Source: Hydrolagus affinis
Taxonomy: Eukaryota
Assembly: GCA_012026655.1 (NCBI GenBank)
Contig: JAAILG010000010.1
Coordinates: 1-64,000, forward strand
DNA length: 64,000 nt
Direction of reading: 5' to 3'
Below are positions 46,461 through 60,020 of this stretch, one piece after another (the stretch's first letter is position 1; each line of letters opens with the position of its first letter). A program made the translations under genes and the position numbers. The notes beneath the pieces were generated by a model. It was not told where the DNA came from. It saw only the letters and a list, made by a program, of their open reading frames with translations, and searched no databases.

Positions 46461-49400
46461 TCTATGCTCGATTTTTAAGGTCTTATCTCATCTAAAATTA
46501 AGTCCTCAAAGGTTTGTGTGTGTGTGTGTGTGGGGGGGTGGGTGGGGGGGGGGTGTTAAGGAAATAATTGATCAGGATTCTTGATCAGGATTGATATTAG
46601 TTGCTGGAAGTACACATGTGTGTTCCTGCTGGGAGCAGGGCCAGCTGAGGCACTAACAACTCTCGTGGCCAGATAGATTGATATTTCTACTAATTTTCCA
46701 GGCACGCACACAGGGAGGATGCGATGTAGGGAAGGTACTGTAGGCCTGCCTAACTGAGCTTAGTTTACTGCCTTAAGGAAGGGTAACAGAAGAAAACAGG
46801 AAAATATAAATAAATCGCGGAAATCCAGCAGTTATGGAAGCAAAATTTCTCAATTTGATGAAAGTTACAGTTAGTAACACTGTTGACAGCATTCTGCACT
46901 AACAGTTTATTTCCAGAGCCAATAAGGTCTATTACTGTCTCTGTAAGAAACAGTAGAAAGGTAACTTATTGTTGTTACAAGAGCGAGGTAATAGCACACA
47001 TCAGATGGATTACAGTATAACACACGTTTGTCTTCTCACTTATCAAAATCTGTATACTAAAGGCCTCAAATTATGTGAATCTATTTCCACTAATCTTTAC
47101 TGTATTTGCTCAAAATATTAGCTTCATATTTAGATGCAAAAATAATAATTTCAAGTTACAGACTTTTTAATATATGTTCTGATTAGTATCTGGACTTCAA
47201 ATTAGTTTGTTGTAGGTGTATTTGTATTACAATTCTGCCCATTATTACTTCTATATTTGTACATTTTGAATAGCAGCAAATTTGCATATAACTCACAGCA
47301 TTAAAAATATTAAGAATCACAACTTACTTCCCGAGGAATACAAATCTATTCTGTAAAGAAAGATTATATTTTCTTTGAAAATTATTAATATTATTATTAT
47401 TATACTTAAAACTCGCAAAAATCTATCATGAACATAAATAGTATGCGAATATCGGCATTTTTGTGTCTTCTACCTTATTCCTGTGGTAAAGGCATTTTGT
47501 GGCATAGTTCTTCATTTGAATAGATGGGGCAGGTGGAACTAAGACTTCTCAACAACCACATTTTACATGCCTGCTCTGCATTCCAGTAACAGAAATTCTG
47601 AGTGCTGCAAAGTGACAAAGAACTTTATCAGATTTCTCTCAGTCAAGAAAGATCAAAATGTGCATGGTTGGAGGATTTAAAAATCACAGGAACAGAAAGT
47701 GAGCATCTTAATTGCAAGTTGACCAGTGTGGATCTATCTAACATCAATTGCAAATCGTAGGAATCAATTTAAAACACACTTCCTATTGCTTATTTTAAGT
47801 CCGGTAATATTTAAACATAATGAATGGTTCTTTCCATGAGCAATTGAATTGAAATTGGGAGAAAATCCAAAACGAGTTAAAACTCAGTCAAAATGCTAAA
47901 CTGTATGGCTTTGCAGCGTGCATGGTCTTTTTAGGTTTGCAGATATCTGCATTTAGATATTCCAAAATACTGTAATTTATTTGTACATTACTGCTTTAAC
48001 AGTCTTTTTATACCAATTAAAATAAGTCTAATGGGACAAACCTCTAATGAAGCCTCATCACTAAAATTTAAGGCTTACAGATGTAGTCATAGACCATTCC
48101 AATGGCTTCACTTTGTACATCAACAAATTAATATGCATACATATTATTTCAAAGCCTCACAAAGACAGTAAACCATTATTGAAGTCACTATAGCAGATGG
48201 TTCAAACTGTATGCAGAAGCCCATTCTTGCTTTATGCATTATACCTACTTTGCTGTAGAACTGTAATGAATTGTTTCATAATCGATTCCATCTTCTTTCC
48301 ATTAGCAGATTTTCAAGTGTTCTCAAATCTGTGGAGAGAACTCATTTTCCAGAGTTTTAATCATTCAAAAATGGAATGCTTAATTTGTTAAAATGAAGTG
48401 GACCTTGATCACTGAAGCAAAGATTCAATATATCATGCCAAATTAGGTAGATTTTAATAAATTACATCCCTCCCTCAATATTTAAATATGCTTATGAGAA
48501 AGAGCAAATAGTTTGCAAATGCAGAAAAGGAATGTCTTGCAAGCTATTCCTTTGTAAAGAGACCCCTCACATTCTTATGAATCTCACATTTTAATACACC
48601 CCCTCACCACCCCACCCATGGCTAGGCTGCGGCTATCAAATTGTATATATAAAATCCCGTTTCTGTTAATAATTTGCAATCAGCAGTAATATTCGAGGAT
48701 CACCGGTTATTTAGAGCAAAGGTATACCTTGTGATTTTTTTAATTTCTGAATTTCACTGACCTTTGTTATATATTTTCTTGTTGAATCCATAAACGAGCA
48801 TGATTCATTAAACAGATCCTAAATCGTTCCAAGTAAAAGGCATATAGGTGCCTACAACTACTCTCTATATTTAATTTTTAAGATTTGCACGCATCAAAGG
48901 AAAAGCGAGCTGAGATTTAATGCGCATAAAATAGGCATTAGCATTTTAAAGAGGCAGATTAACACATTAATCCAGGCTTTGGTATGCAATTTTCATACTC
49001 TGCTTCCATTAAAAACTTCACAGTATGAACTCTTAATGAAGCTAATCACACGATTTTTTTTTACTTAGTTAAGTGATAATGGGCAATATAAAAACTTTAT
49101 TTCTGATTATTATTCAGATGCTTATCACTGAAGGGTGTGCTGGAAAATACTTTATTAAAAATTAAATATCCATCTTGCATACATATTACATATGTAGAAA
49201 AAAAGTTCAAAAATGCAAATGGAGAAAGATCATTCAATCACACAATTATGAATTATTAACACGGTGAACTCGTGAGTGTTGAAATGCTTTAGAAGAGAGC
49301 AGACATACAAGCTCCTCACAATCACTGCGATGTACGGAAATAAAGAAAATCAAATAGTCTTTGTCAATCTTATTTAGAAATTAAATGAAGTAGATGTGGC

Positions 49401-49493
49401 AGCAAACAAACGTGCCGCACGCATCTTTACTTTTTTTTGTTACAAAAAAACAGAATTAAACAAATTTCTGATCCCGCAGGATTCTGGGCACTT

Positions 49494-49600
49494 TTACAGT
49501 TGTCTTTCGTTCTCCTTGGAGATGCAACGCAGAACCTCCAAAGCCTCCACTGTCACTTTCACTTTCCCAATCACCTCTGTACCACCCTGGGGATAGACAA
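49494..49600 (-). CDS. RPGRIP1L: RPGRIP1L last coding exon (IVYPQGGTEVIGKVKVTVEALEVLRCISKENERQL*)
   Basis: ctttgcag| acceptor, TAA stop; phase 1; IGK.+VTVEAL motif of the RPGRIP1L C-terminal RID/C2 domain. Confidence 0.88.
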
Positions 49601-50369
49601 CTGCAAAGAAATTAGAATGTCATGTTCTAAACGATTAATTGCTTATGGTGTTCATAACAACATGACTTTGTACTTTGTCTAACAGCTTGGATGGTTTGCA
49701 ACAACACAATTTCACTTAATTTAACATTAAATACTTAATATTAAACACACTTTCACTATCTACAGACCTCTTTTTAACATACTATAAAATTGGCCTTCAT
49801 CATTTTGATTTAATTCAAAAATACTATACACACAACATATATTTGGAAGGCAATCAGTTGAATTTCGGTACAGATTATGATTTGAGACATCTAGTTAAAG
49901 GAATTGATCACTTCACTACATTTTTCTGAATTTGATGGCAATACAAGATGCTCCAGGTCTTCTGCAGGAAGGTCAAGTGCAGAGTAAAGCTTCCTCTATG
50001 CCCAGTATCCCAGCTCTATACTTCACATCCATTCTTGGAATAGCATTCGTACTGCATAACCATAACTAAGAAACTACTTATCCAGTCTCACCAGCAAACT
50101 CACCTCTCAAATTAAAACCTACTTATAGACGACAGTCAAGACAGCTATTACTAATTGGCAGCATGCAGTTGTGCATCAATGAAGTCACTTACTTTGACCC
50201 AAATTCCACATTATTGAGAGATATACAATAAACAGATTGTGTTTTAGTAAATTATAATCTCGTTAGGAAATTAATTTAATGTTTAAATGAAGTTCAAAAC
50301 AGACCCCCACAGCTTTCGAAAAGAAATTATGTGATTTCAGCAAACATGTTAATGTGGGATCTCGGTTTA

Positions 50370-50655
50370 TAATAATAATAAATCTTGGAATTGATATAGT
50401 GCTTTTCACAACCTTCTAGACGTCTCAAAGCACTTCACAGAATAATGTAAAGTGAATTGACTATATATTTTGTGGGCGAAATGTGGCTGCCAATTGCACA
50501 CAGCAATGTCCCCCAAACAGTTGTGGATTGAAATGAACAATTTTTTTCAGGTGCATGGAGAAAGGAAACTTGCCCAAGGTTTTGCCCTGCCGGGAATCAA
50601 ACCCAGGTCTCTCACTTGTAAGGCGAGTGCTCTAACCACTGAGCTACAGGACTCC
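50370..50655 (-). mobile_element. Full-length tRNA-derived DeuSINE-like SINE
   Basis: Same head/core/tail as the other copies. Confidence 0.85.
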
Positions 50656-51017
50656 ATATTAACCTCATTAACATTATCCCTATTAACAGGAGTGGGATGT
50701 TTTAATATAATGAATAGAAGCAGAAAGTCACTAATTCCAATTGGTGTCAATTTAGGACATTCCTAAATTGGTGAATAAGACATCCAAATGAGGAAATTAG
50801 CCTCTTATCCCAGATCATTATCTTAAAACATTAAATGAAGTTCTAACAAGCAGATATAATTTACTGAATCACAATCTCTTTATTGTATACCTCTCAGTAA
50901 TGTTGGATTCCTTTTAAAGCTCTCCATCCTCTATTCCAGTTTCCAGGTGACAGAAAGTTATCTGACCCTAGATGTTTGCCAATGGCTTTCTGCACGACAG
51001 CCCAATCCACAACTGCT

Positions 51018-51160
51018 CGTGGAACATTGCTGTGCATAATTGGTTGCCACGTTTTTCCCACAAATATACAGTCAATTCACTTTACAGTATACTCTGTGAA
51101 GCTCTTTAAAATATCTAGAAGATGTGAAAAGCGCTGTATCAAATGTGAGGATTATTATAT
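51018..51160 (+). mobile_element. 3' half of the same SINE family
   Basis: gtggaacattgctgtgcataattggttgcc...gtcaattcactttacagtata...gcgctgtatcaaatgtgaggattatta. Confidence 0.7.
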
Positions 51161-54100
51161 ATAGCAGCTTGCTGCAGATCTGTCGTGGTGGGGGGGGGCT
51201 GGGCGGGGAGGAACAAAACTCAAGACCAAGTGTTCCCATCCCCCAGTGTAGGAAGTATTTGGCATCTTTCCAACCATGACCGAGACACTGAGAAAATGCA
51301 GGCACAAACTGAATCTGGACCACCACTCCAAGCTTCAGTTCACGAGTGCACGAATTTACCATTCCACTAGCCCACTAATTGACCAGCAGTTTTTGTGAGG
51401 AAATTAATCTGTTACAGTGAAACAGGAAAAGGAACCACAGGACATTAGGTATAATTAAATTAACTTTAGGGATTCAAAATAGCGATTATGGCAGTTTGGC
51501 ACACAGAACGGAAGAACATATATGATATTTTATTTTTCTGGTTAAAACTGGCTTGGCATTTCCAAGTGTGGGGGTTTAAATTCAACCTATAAACGTTTGG
51601 AATGTAGAAAATGCTTGAAAGTGGGTCTGGTAATCTCACCATATCTTGAATCCTAATTACAGAAAGGTGACAGCAGCTCAATCAGGATAATAACTTACTC
51701 CTCAGGAACTCCTTGAGAAACATCCTGCCAAAGTATCTTACATTGAACAAGAGTGGGATTGTGGATCCTCCAGAACTCATGTCGGAACTAATGGTACTTC
51801 CTCTATAAGCAGAGGGCTCACCCTCCTGTGTTTATCCTGCTCTATACAGGCTGTGTTTAGCCTGCCTGTGGGAAAGAACATGGTACCTTCTCCTGTTAAA
51901 ACGCCAAATATGACATACAGTACTAGTATTTGCAGTGTGGGAATATGTTGAACTTGCTGCTCTGTAGATGATTTTTTGCTACATCTCAGAGCAACAGTGA
52001 TGTACGATATGCTGATCGGCTAAGATAGATTTTTTTTTAAAAAGTCATAATAATTGGAAATCCATACATTCGACCAAATAGCTTCACAAAGAAATAGGTT
52101 TACTTGACAGACACTGCAGGTTCTTGACAACAGCTACAGATATTTATAATCATTTCTGTTGCTAGGAAAATAAGTGCCACAATTATCTACTGTACTCTTT
52201 TTAAGGATCATCACAGAGAGCAATAACCTTTGTCAAACAAAAGGTCTCAACCCATTGCAATGTGTTCATTATAAGTTCAGCACAATCAATGTTATGCATG
52301 ACAATTAAATCCTCTTTTGCAGGTTTAGAGAAACATTTCTATGAAGTTTGGAAACAAATCCATTGGACAGATAATCAGAATTGCCAAAATAAAGAGAAAT
52401 TGAAGACAGATTAGACAATAACCAGAAGACAACTGAAGAAGAAAGAGCAAATGTTATAATAATAATAATCCTTGCATTTGATGGAATCGTCTTATCACGT
52501 CTTCAAGACAACAATAATAAAATTACACTTATATAGTGCCTTTCACATCAGGAGATGTCCCAAAGAGCTTCACAGAATATACTGTAAAATGAATTGACTC
52601 TTTTGTGGGTGACATGTTATGTTTAACCTTTGATCGGTTGATTGCTGGAAATGGAGTCTAGATGGGCACGTCTTTTATGTATTCCAATAAAAGCATATAC
52701 CAGCCTCAACTAGGTTCATCAATTTAGTGCTTAAAACATTTGAGATATCCATCGTCTTTCATTAAACTGCTCTGTGGGGCCCCTCCCTCAGGGAACAAAC
52801 ACTTTCTGTTTCTCCCTTTGAACCCATCTGATGCTAACTCAACTGTCTAGCATCAGAGCTAACGCAAATCTATGCCTTCCTCGCATTAAAACGGCTAAGA
52901 TAAAGGTACAACATTGTAGCTCACCAAAAACAGTACTGTACAGTACTAGGATTTTTGAATGGATACAACAGGATTAGCATATGCAGTTGTTTCAGAAAGA
53001 TGTATCCTTTTGGGAATCTGTTATTTTAGTGTAAGCAGACTTCCCCTTCTTAAAAGTGCAGCCCTAATTCAAGGATGCAAAGTGTCTTTTTCATAAAACA
53101 ATGTTTTAGAGTTCAGAAGCTGAGACCAAAGTTTGGTGCACAATAGTTAAGACAGCCTAATGTAAGAAAAAGAAAACCACTGTTGTGAGACAACGGGTGT
53201 GTGAACATTTCTGTGAAGCTCTGAAATTGTAAACATTTCAGTCATCTTTACAAATTCATAAGTTTGACATGAACATCACAAAGTGTCCCCTGCAAACATT
53301 CTTTATTCAAGATTGAATTTCACTGTAACATTGTTGAAAAGAAGTGGTGCTCATTACTAAATCAATTTTATTTTTATCTAAGCTGTGCCTTTTGTTCTTT
53401 TGCGTGCCATACAGAAAAGAAAAAAAAATCAGTTTCTTTTAAAAAAAATTCTATGACTTAAGCTTTTCATACAGTTAATGCAGAAACATAGAAATGCACT
53501 TAGAAAATATGTGGCTATTTCTGAATGCATGCTGAATAAACAATACTTAAAACATACGACAGAAAGGCTCATTTTTATTAAATGAGCTCAGCTACAGATA
53601 AACTGCTGAGAAGACAGCTTCCCAAACTACAGAAATCACTTACGGAAATCCCTGCATTTTTTGTCTTGATGTACCAAAAGTTTGTAAAGTGCAATCTCAC
53701 TGAATATAACTCTTCAATACAACTGAAAATGATTGAGTGCTTTCCCCCTATTGTTGATAGACACCAAGGCAAACAGCTTTGGCTTCAACGAGTTGTAAAC
53801 TTCTTTTCCCAAATAACTTCAAGTGCATCCAAAGATGTGATTAATTTATGAAGTTACAGAGAAGATATTTGAAACTAAAACAGAGGTCAGACAGGTGATC
53901 AACCTTCGGTTGCAACTCTTGACTTTTGATCCATATAGTCAAAATAAAAACAGCAACTAGACTTGTATAAGGAATATCAAAGATACAAAAAAAATGATAA
54001 ATCAATCAGAAACGCTACCACAGCACATAATAAGTGAGAAACTTCATTTTATTAGAACCTTGTAACGGTTCCAATTGTTTTAAACTCATAACTTGGGATT

Positions 54101-54647
54101 TTGTTTTCAGCAGATCTCCAGTTTACTGAAAATAGGACTGTAGTTTTGATGAACACACTTATGAGAAGAGAAAATGGCAGGTATATTTTCTACTGCACAT
54201 CAGGGACTACACTATTACACACTATCTAGTTTAGCTTTCAGATTTGTGATGTATTCCCACCTCCAAAATGTTTCAGTATTTAAAGCATTGTTTGGTTTTA
54301 TTCTCATCTTTGTAGCGTTGGCTGAAAACCCCTTTGCTGACTCTCCTCCACAACCACTATTATTCCATCACACTCCATTGAGCAGGGGTCGTGCTGAGCA
54401 AGTCTTACTTAGTATCTAAGGCATGTTACACTACCTGAGCACATCTTTTTTTTCAAGTATGATTTCAATATTTATCAAGACAATGAAGACATCAGGAAAC
54501 AGTACCATCAACTCCAAAATGACTGCATTATCTTTGATATGCAATGCAAATGTAAAACAGGAATTGTTGGTAATTGATACAGAAACAAATCATCAAATCG
54601 CTTGCTCTTCAGCTCACAATAATTACTCTGAACATCAGAATACTTAC

Positions 54648-54781
54648 TGTCAATGTCCTTTTCAATCACATCTTCTCCCTTTTGGAATATCTCTCTCAGA
54701 TTAATGTTTGCAAAGCCAACATCTTCACACTCCAGATCCTGTTCATCTTCAGGTGGATCACTGACTATTGTAAATCTTATA
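54648..54781 (-). CDS. RPGRIP1L: RPGRIP1L coding exon ([45 protein letters not shown])
   Basis: ccag| acceptor, A|gtaagt donor; 134 nt, phase 2-1; [15 protein letters not shown] signature. Confidence 0.95.
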
Positions 54782-55263
54782 CTGGTGGCAGAAGAAAAGG
54801 AAAAGTCCATAAAAAATTGTCTTGGTTTACTTTACAGGGCATGTATTCAACTTTTGTTTTGTAAACAGTTTCAACATAAATTTAGTTCCAAGTGATTTTA
54901 AACGGTAGGTTGTTTAACTGTCAACTATTGTCATATCAATCACTTCATTAATAAACATTTCCAGGAATTTCTCTCTTAATTTGTGTGAAGTTAGATCAAC
55001 TAATACCAACTCCCAGTCCTACTATTAGAGATAATTATTTACCATATATGTATCGTAGCTGGTAAATTAACTTTACTACCTGTTCGCTGAACGACCAATC
55101 TGAGCATACATGCACTAATGACTAGGATGCACAAGAGAAAGTAATTAGTGCCACTTTTGCTGGTTTAAACATAGCATTGTAATAAACCTCTTTTTTGGCG
55201 GGAAAGCTTCCTCTCAAATAAGATCGAAAAGAACAAGACAACAAGCATATCCAAACACAGTAG

Positions 55264-55352
55264 ATAATAATAATCCTTGTATTTGATATAGCGCTTTTCA
55301 TGTCTTCTCAAAAAAAAAGGCGAGTGCTCTAACCACTGAGCTACAGGACTCC
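55264..55352 (-). mobile_element. Internally deleted SINE (head joined directly to tail)
   Basis: Tail taatccttgtatttgatatagcgcttttc joined through an A-run to head ggcgagtgctctaaccactgagctacaggactcc. Confidence 0.7.
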
Positions 55353-55862
55353 ACAGATGTGCTTGTTATCAAAGTGGAAGTGCATCTCACAAGATATTGA
55401 GATTTAAAATAAATTGACCACAATAATGAACAATATTTAGCTACACAGTTACAACAGCAAATCAGTGTATTGTTGTACATCATGGCTATGTCATACTAAA
55501 TCAATGCATCCATTAAAATTAAACACACTTCATTTATTTCCCACAGTATCCATTCATATTGTTATTTTAACCTGATCTCAAAGCTTCTTTGAGTCATCGG
55601 ATCAAATAATATTTTGTAGTATCTCACTTTTAAAGTGAGAATGTGGTGTGGATTTATCACTCAGAAGAGGCGTAGATAGAAGTAGAAGAAGAATGTAGTT
55701 GATTTTGTGAATATGAATTCATTCATTTAAGCTGCTTAGAAAAAGGAAAACATGAAAGATAGCTCGAGAGCTCCTAGACATATATGATATAGAGAAGTTT
55801 TGGTAGCCTGAAATCTTAAAACTAGATTACGGTAGTATGACAGTAGTGCCATTAATATTTAC

Positions 55863-55947
55863 CTTTCAAGGTCTGACTCCATTCCCTGGAGTACTGACCA
55901 AAGGAACTGCCTCCTCTGCTGGTTATTTTCTTCATCCACATGGATCA
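55863..55947 (-). CDS. RPGRIP1L: RPGRIP1L coding exon (VIHVDEENNQQRRQFLWSVLQGMESDLE)
   Basis: gacag| acceptor, AG|gtaaat donor; 85 nt, phase 1-2 fits both neighbours. Confidence 0.88.
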
Positions 55948-56906
55948 CTGTCATGAAAATACACACACATTTGATGCAATCTGACATCAGTGCTTTTTAC
56001 ATTCCATTTAGAGAAAGACATATAAGCAGGCCTCAATTTCCTTTCCATGTTTACTCAGCAAGGCAAAGCAAGCTGAAAGGTAAAGTAGTATTAAATCTGA
56101 GATCATGTGGTCACATGTCATGCTGGTGGCAGTTTTATATGCACTCTGTCAAAAAATGATACAGCCAATGTTTGACCGTGCCACATAATTGTCATTTTCT
56201 GTTAATGGCGCTGGCAGTGTCAATTGGGAAAGCAGGCACCATTTATTGCCATATATTTAAGGGGATTTACTGCATGTTCTTTCACCCATGGCACTGGTGA
56301 TAATGATAGTATATGGCAGTGTAGTTGTCCTTACTGACATTGCAAGTAATTTAATCCTCCACATCTGCCACAACTCTGCTCTGAGAGAGGTGCAGCAATA
56401 TGCACTAACTGAAACCCACAGCATGGCATTTTGTCAGAACTAGGAACTATTCAGTACACTAGTGCTAACCAGTATTGCCACAAACATATGGCAGTGGAAC
56501 ATTTTCCCCCCAGTTGCTGCATAAACTGCTTATTTCACATAAAAAGAGCTAAATGTGAAACCAAGTCAAGACATATATTAAATTGAGGGGCTAAAAAACA
56601 GAATAAGAGAAAGTATTCTGCAAGGAACATGACTTGAATCATGGATTAGGTTAATCCTCTCTGCTAAATATGCTTTTTTGCTACATGCATAAATTTGGTT
56701 GAATTATTTTTAAAGAATGACAGCATTTGTTAACTATTAGGAAGTGTGCATTATCGGTCTGAGTGCAACAGGCGGGTTTGGAAAACACAGATTGAGATGG
56801 TCAACAGTGAAGATGCAATATCAAATGTAAGGATTATTATCAATCCCATTTTTGGGAACTTCTCTTCAACATGTCAAACCAAATCACAAAATAGAACACT
56901 GGAACA

Positions 56907-57210
56907 TAATAATAATCCTTGCGTTTAATATAGCGCTTTTCACATCTTATTGATGTCTCAAAGCACTTCACAGAATATACTGTAAAGTGAATTGACTGTA
57001 TATTTGTGGGCAAAACGCGGCAGCCAATTGCGCACAGCAGTGTCCCAGAAACGTAGAATACATAGGAACAGGAGTAGGCCATTCAGCCCTTCGAGCCTGT
57101 TCCTTCATTTAATGAGATCATGGCTGATCTGTACCTCAACTAATCCTTTCAATTCCAACTTCCCGCTTTCTCCCCATATCCCTTAATACCCTGACCTAAC
57201 AAAAATGTAT
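56907..57210 (-). mobile_element. SINE 3' half (56907-57046) abutting a CR1 3' end (57055-57210)
   Basis: SINE tail/core, then ggaacaggagtaggccattcagcccttcgagcctgttcc...gatcatggctgatct. Confidence 0.75.
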
Positions 57211-57798
57211 CAAAAAGGTGGTTTTGTTATTTGTATGAGATGTTAAACCGAGGTCCTGTTCAGGTCCTGTTAAAAGATTCTATAGCACTACCTGGAAAAA
57301 AGGCTTTTGTCTTAGAATGGTGTGCAAACAATTCCCACCCCCCACCTCCAGATAAAAAAAATTATTCACGCCATGGTTGTTTGTGGGACACAGCTATCAT
57401 AAATTGCATATCACTTCCTGTTTCACAACCATGGCTCATCACTTTCTGTGCACAATGTAACAAAAAAAGATTTTTGGGGAGAGTGATTTAACAAATATTA
57501 TGGGCTGGCAAAAGACTTAGGATGTATTGTGAGTCAATTCTTAAATCCAGTGCTCATATCTATGAATTTAAATCTAGGCTTACTACAGTTAATTCTCTTC
57601 TTAAGATCTGCTTTATTTAAGATAACATTTTGTTAAAAAGATGTGCAAATGTCTGTTTCAAACTGATATCGGCTTATAGTGCACAAGGCAGAATAACACC
57701 TAATTAAAGTGACACTTTTAATATGTCCTTAATATGTCATCTATGAGGAAAAAACGAGACAGCCTTATTCCCCATGACAACTTCTCATATGCCATTAC

Positions 57799-57985
57799 CA
57801 TTGCTATAATTGTAACATATCCACTGTCCACCACATGGCTTTGGAAGAGACAATGGTGCTTCCTCAGCTGGTAAGTTCCAGAATTTGTATTCAACAAACA
57901 GCCGCTGAATGGTTTCATCTTTTTGAATTGGTGCGTTGTTGTTCATTGTGAGAGATATAATCTCAACTCGGATCTTTTCTGATGG
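57799..57985 (-). CDS. RPGRIP1L: RPGRIP1L coding exon ([12 protein letters not shown]...[11 protein letters not shown]...[18 protein letters not shown])
   Basis: tatag| acceptor, G|gtaatg donor; 187 nt, phase 0-1; start of the RPGR-interacting domain; upstream exons not found in the window. Confidence 0.93.
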
Positions 57986-59831
57986 CTATAGTAAAAAAAA
58001 AGGAGAAAATAAAAAAGACAAACTGGGTTACAAAGTTACTGACATTTCAAAGTATAAGGTGTTCCCATTGTAAAATGACTCGAGGCATTCTAGTGAAAAG
58101 TTAATTTTCCACTTACTCACCCATTAGGAGCCTTGAAATGAATATTAAACCATGACTCTTTCTTTTATTATGCATTTTTCAGGTATTTTACTGCAAACTT
58201 AAATCTGAATATTTCAAAAAGTCTGTTTTATTATTCAGGAGATTCATGGAAATTTTACAAAGATGACAAGAAAATTACGCACTATTCTGTCTCTGCTAAT
58301 ACAGGTACAAGGCTTCATCTGGCAATATTACTAGGATTAGCATGGAATGATGAAATATTTAGTGAATTTTTTTTTCTCTAAACCTAATAAGTCAAATGAC
58401 TGCCAAATGTCATTAAAATGATGGTCTTTGAGTTGAGTAAGCTTTTCATATTCAAATTAGAAAGCGAGAAATGGCAGCATTGAAAGCTTCAAGAAATAGT
58501 CCAAATACTCTGAGCTCAGCTAAGAAGAATGACAATGGTGTTGTTTTATTTTAATAACGTACTTATACAGACTAAATCATTTAGCCACAAGGCAGTGTAA
58601 TGAAAAAAATTCTGCTAGCAGCAAAAGGCAAAACAGAAATGAACGTTATTTAATTTTGATAAAATGTATTTTCACAATTAAATGGAATAAATTGCAGTTT
58701 AGTTTGGAGTTTTCTGTTTAGCCCCTAAATATTTTACTGAAGGAGGCTCAGCACATCTCAATGTTGAAGAATCAAATACAGTTCCACTTTGGACATCCAG
58801 TGTCAGCATAAAACATTTCCAAATTATGCACAATGCAGACAGATGCAGAATAAAGCTCCACATCTTTTGTCCTAACAATGTCCCTTAAACCTAGTCTTAG
58901 AATCCAGTCACAAGGCAAGGTTGAAGCCATCCGCCTCAGCTTTTGACTCTGAACTCCCAACCTCTCTCTTTCTCTCAAATTCAATGAACCAGTTAACAAC
59001 CTTGGTGTTCAGTTCAATCCAAGGCAACCCTTCCTTCCTCACACTTCATCCCTAATCAAGACAATGGTGGTTCAATGGGTAACCGCACAACTCACTTTTG
59101 TACTTGGTTATAGAACTTAGGAAGGACTAGCATTCAATTCCTGTTAAAAAAAACATTGTTTCACCCTACGTAGGTATAGATTTCCACAGCCATCCATGGC
59201 AGCTGTTATACCAGGGGATGATGAGATTATCCCATTTTCCGTATAACAAGCAATGCTCTGCTTTCTCTGTATGTATTGTTCTGAATGAAACATGAATTTA
59301 TGGTAAATCACAGTCTTATACGATAATATTAAGTCTTATAAGCCAGTATTATTTGGAGTGAAACAGTTACTTGAAACTACTATTGTTGTAGTTTCCATTT
59401 AAACAGATAAAGTGTCTTAAAGATTTTGAGATGATAGTTCATATGTATAGATTTTCAATACATTTCTAAGTGAGTCCCTAAAAATACAGAACTGTGCTAA
59501 TTGTCAAGTCATTAAAGCACTGCAGGATGCAATACCCTGGGCAGAGCAAACAGTGTTATCAGTGTTCAACGGTAATGATCATCAAACCAATTAACTGCTA
59601 CTGTTGGATGTTTGATCAATATTGGAGATACTAGCATTTTAACTCCACAAGATGGTTTTAATTTAAAATTAGTATTGTCAACCGCATTTACTGATGTGTT
59701 AAACTGGAAAATATTATTTATGCATCAAATCAGCACTGCTAATGTTCACAAACAGTATGGCTACATTTACAGGGCACAAGTTTGATCGTCTAGCATCCCA
59801 AACTGGTCTAAATTTACATGTCTTTCTGCTA

Positions 59832-60020
59832 ATAATTATAATCCTTGCATTTGATTTAGCGCTTTTCATGTCTTCTAGATGTTTCAAAGAGCTTCACAAA
59901 ATATACTGTAAAGTGAATTGACAATATATTTATGGGCAAAACACGGCAGCCAATTGGACACAGCAGTGTCCCACAAACAGTTATAGATTGAGTGACAGGT
60001 CTATTATTATTATTTTTTGA
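59832..60020 (-). mobile_element. 5'-truncated SINE copy
   Basis: Tail and core match the family; tRNA head absent. Confidence 0.75.
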
